In this document: positions 62,258 to 64,000 of the stretch, piece by piece | Numbering within the stretch: the first letter of the stretch is position 1 | Layout: the number at the start of each line of letters is the position of its first letter | Source: Phyllosticta citribraziliensis | Taxonomy: Eukaryota | DNA length: 64,000 nt | NCBI RefSeq assembly: GCF_038025025.1 | Contig: NW_027117347.1 | Span: forward strand, 1,488,001-1,552,000 | Direction of reading: 5' to 3' | Translations under genes and position numbers: made by a program | The notes under the pieces: model-generated | What the model saw: the letters and a program-made list of their open reading frames with translations, nothing else | What the model was told of the DNA's origin: nothing | Databases searched by the model: none

Positions 62258-64000
62258 TCAATATTGGCCCTCCAGGGTGAAGGTGCCCGTCTTGGTTACA
62301 AGGTACTCATTGACTGCGACATCTTTACCCGACTCCTTGCCGTAGCCCGATTCCTTGATGCCGCCGAAAGGCGACTCGGCCGCAGATGAATTGCCTGGCA
62401 CAAGGTTAGCAGCATTCACGTACAGTGCGATCCCACTTACCAGTGTTCATCCCGATCATACCGGCCTCCAGGTTCTCCAGCATACGCCACATTCGATCAA
62501 CATTCTTCGTAAAGCAGTAGCTGGCAAGACCCATGCTCGTCTCATTTGCAGCCTTGACACCCTCTTCCTCGGTCTTGAATTTGAGAATCGACGCAATGGG
62601 CGAAAAGTTTTCCTCGCAAGACGCCTGCATGTCAGGCTGAACGCCTGTGATGATGGTAGGTTCGAAGAAATAGCCTCCTTTTCCATCGACACGCTTCCCT
62701 CCGATTACGATTTCGGCACCTTTCTCGCGAGCATCTTTTACAATCGACTCTGCCTTTTCAAGGCCTCGCGGCGTCGTTACGGGCCCCATAGTCGTACCAT
62801 CTGCCGCGCCGTGGCCAACCCTGAGCTTCGCCGTTTCGGCGGCAAATCGCTTGACAAACGCGTCGAAGATGCCGTCTTGGACGTAGATTCGGTTTGCGGT
62901 AATACACGCTTGTCCGGCATGGCGCCACTTGAGTGGAACGAGTTGCGCCATTACCTGATCAAGAGACGCGTCGTCAAAGACCAGAACAGGACAGTTTCCA
63001 CCAAGCTCCAGCGTCACTTTTTTGAGGCCTTCGGCGGCATTCTTGGCGACTATTTTCCCGACGCGCGTGCTGCCCGTAAACGTTATCTTCTTGACAAGCT
63101 CGTGGCGTGTCAAGGCCTCGCTGAGCTCCGGTGTCTTTTCCATGTCGGTGGTCAAGACGTTGAAAGCGCCGGGGGGGAATCCCGCCTCGGTTGCCAGATG
63201 CGCAAGAGCTAGACAAGTGATGGGAGTCTCCGGGCTGGGCTTGACAATCATGGTACATCCAGCTGCGAGCGCCGCGCCCACTTTACGCAGAACCATCGCT
63301 ATAGACGATTGTCAGGCTTGCACTCGAAAATTTCAGAGTCCCCCGGTCAGTGGAAAGGCTTACCGATGGGAAAGTTCCAGGGCACAAGAGCCGCGGCCAC
63401 GCCAATTGGCTGCTTGACGGTAAAGACGCGCCTGTTTGGCGCCGACGGCACGAAGACGGTGCCTTGGATGCGCTCCGCCTCGCCGGCAAACCACCACGTA
63501 AAGCCAGTGCTGTAGTCAAGCTCGCCATACGCCTCGGCAAGCGGCTTCCCCGTCTCGTACGTCAGCAACGTAGCCAAGTCGTCGTAATTGTCATGGATCA
63601 AAGCGTCCCATTTGAACAGCATTTTGGCGCGGGCACGCGGCGTAAGCTTCCGGTAGGACTGGAAGCAGTCGTACGCTGACTGGACGGCGGCGTCGACGTC
63701 TGAGGCATCGTTGATTGGACACGATGCCCACGGCTTGCCAGTGCCAGGATCTTTGCGCCCAAGGGGCCGACGCGTCAGTTGCAACTAATCTTGTTTTGGG
63801 AAGAGTCTGGAGACAAGGAAAAGCGTCCGCTCATGCGCGAATGTGATAGCTTCTCAGCACGCTGTGGCTACGACAAACCATGAAGAGGCGTTCGAAAAGG
63901 CCTTGGGAAAAGTAATCTTGCAGACGGTGTGGGGTTGCGGACGGGGAAAAGCGACACTGACCTATGACTTCAAATGTCTTGCCCGACGCGGCGTCTTTCC
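62258..64000 (-). CDS. UGA2: Succinate-semialdehyde dehydrogenase (NAD(P)+), ALDH family; 5' end lies beyond the window
   Basis: Exons >64000-63962, 63750-63364, 63298-62441 and 62394-62258. PWNFP, FTGSTRVG, LELGGN, GQACITANR, EENFSP and ESPFGGIKESGYGKE. Confidence 0.9.

Noticed and set aside
63751..63961. Long SSADH intron containing GTGCTGAGA, reminiscent of a TPP riboswitch
   Set aside because: The downstream TGATC..GGATAATACC..GCG core is absent and the gene is unrelated to thiamine.
1..64000. CRISPR arrays, tRNA/rRNA genes, intact transposons, secondary-metabolite cluster
   Set aside because: All repeats are simple microsatellites without spacers. No T-loop or cloverleaf, terminal repeat, transposase, reverse transcriptase or PKS/NRPS motifs were seen.

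Overview
Eukaryotic, intron-containing DNA from a filamentous ascomycete. The evidence is GT-AG introns mostly 45-90 nt with CTRAC branch sites, GC-rich exons and microsatellite-rich intergenic DNA; a Dothideomycete origin is a guess only. It is a housekeeping and regulatory neighbourhood of about 18 genes: RasGAP (partial), DUF6594-like membrane protein, NMA111, PYM, QCR9, UBR1, a PIN/NYN-domain protein, SPC34, RPN3, stuA (preceded by about 13 kb without a recognisable gene), AVO2, UTP18, a Trf4/Cid14-like nucleotidyltransferase, TPS2, a small conserved protein, a dienelactone hydrolase and succinate-semialdehyde dehydrogenase (partial). I found no tRNA, rRNA, CRISPR array or intact transposon. 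The most interesting signals are hidden translation and targeting features. These are a likely CUG-initiated 130-aa N-terminal extension of StuA within an AUG-depleted, spliced leader that also has an overlapping uORF; a leaky upstream AUG that adds a mitochondrial-type presequence to Nma111; a Trf4-like polymerase with a mitochondrial-type presequence; and uORF or start-stop elements before AVO2, UBR1 and the PIN gene. Exon boundaries were worked out by eye, and family assignments come from recalled motifs, not database searches.
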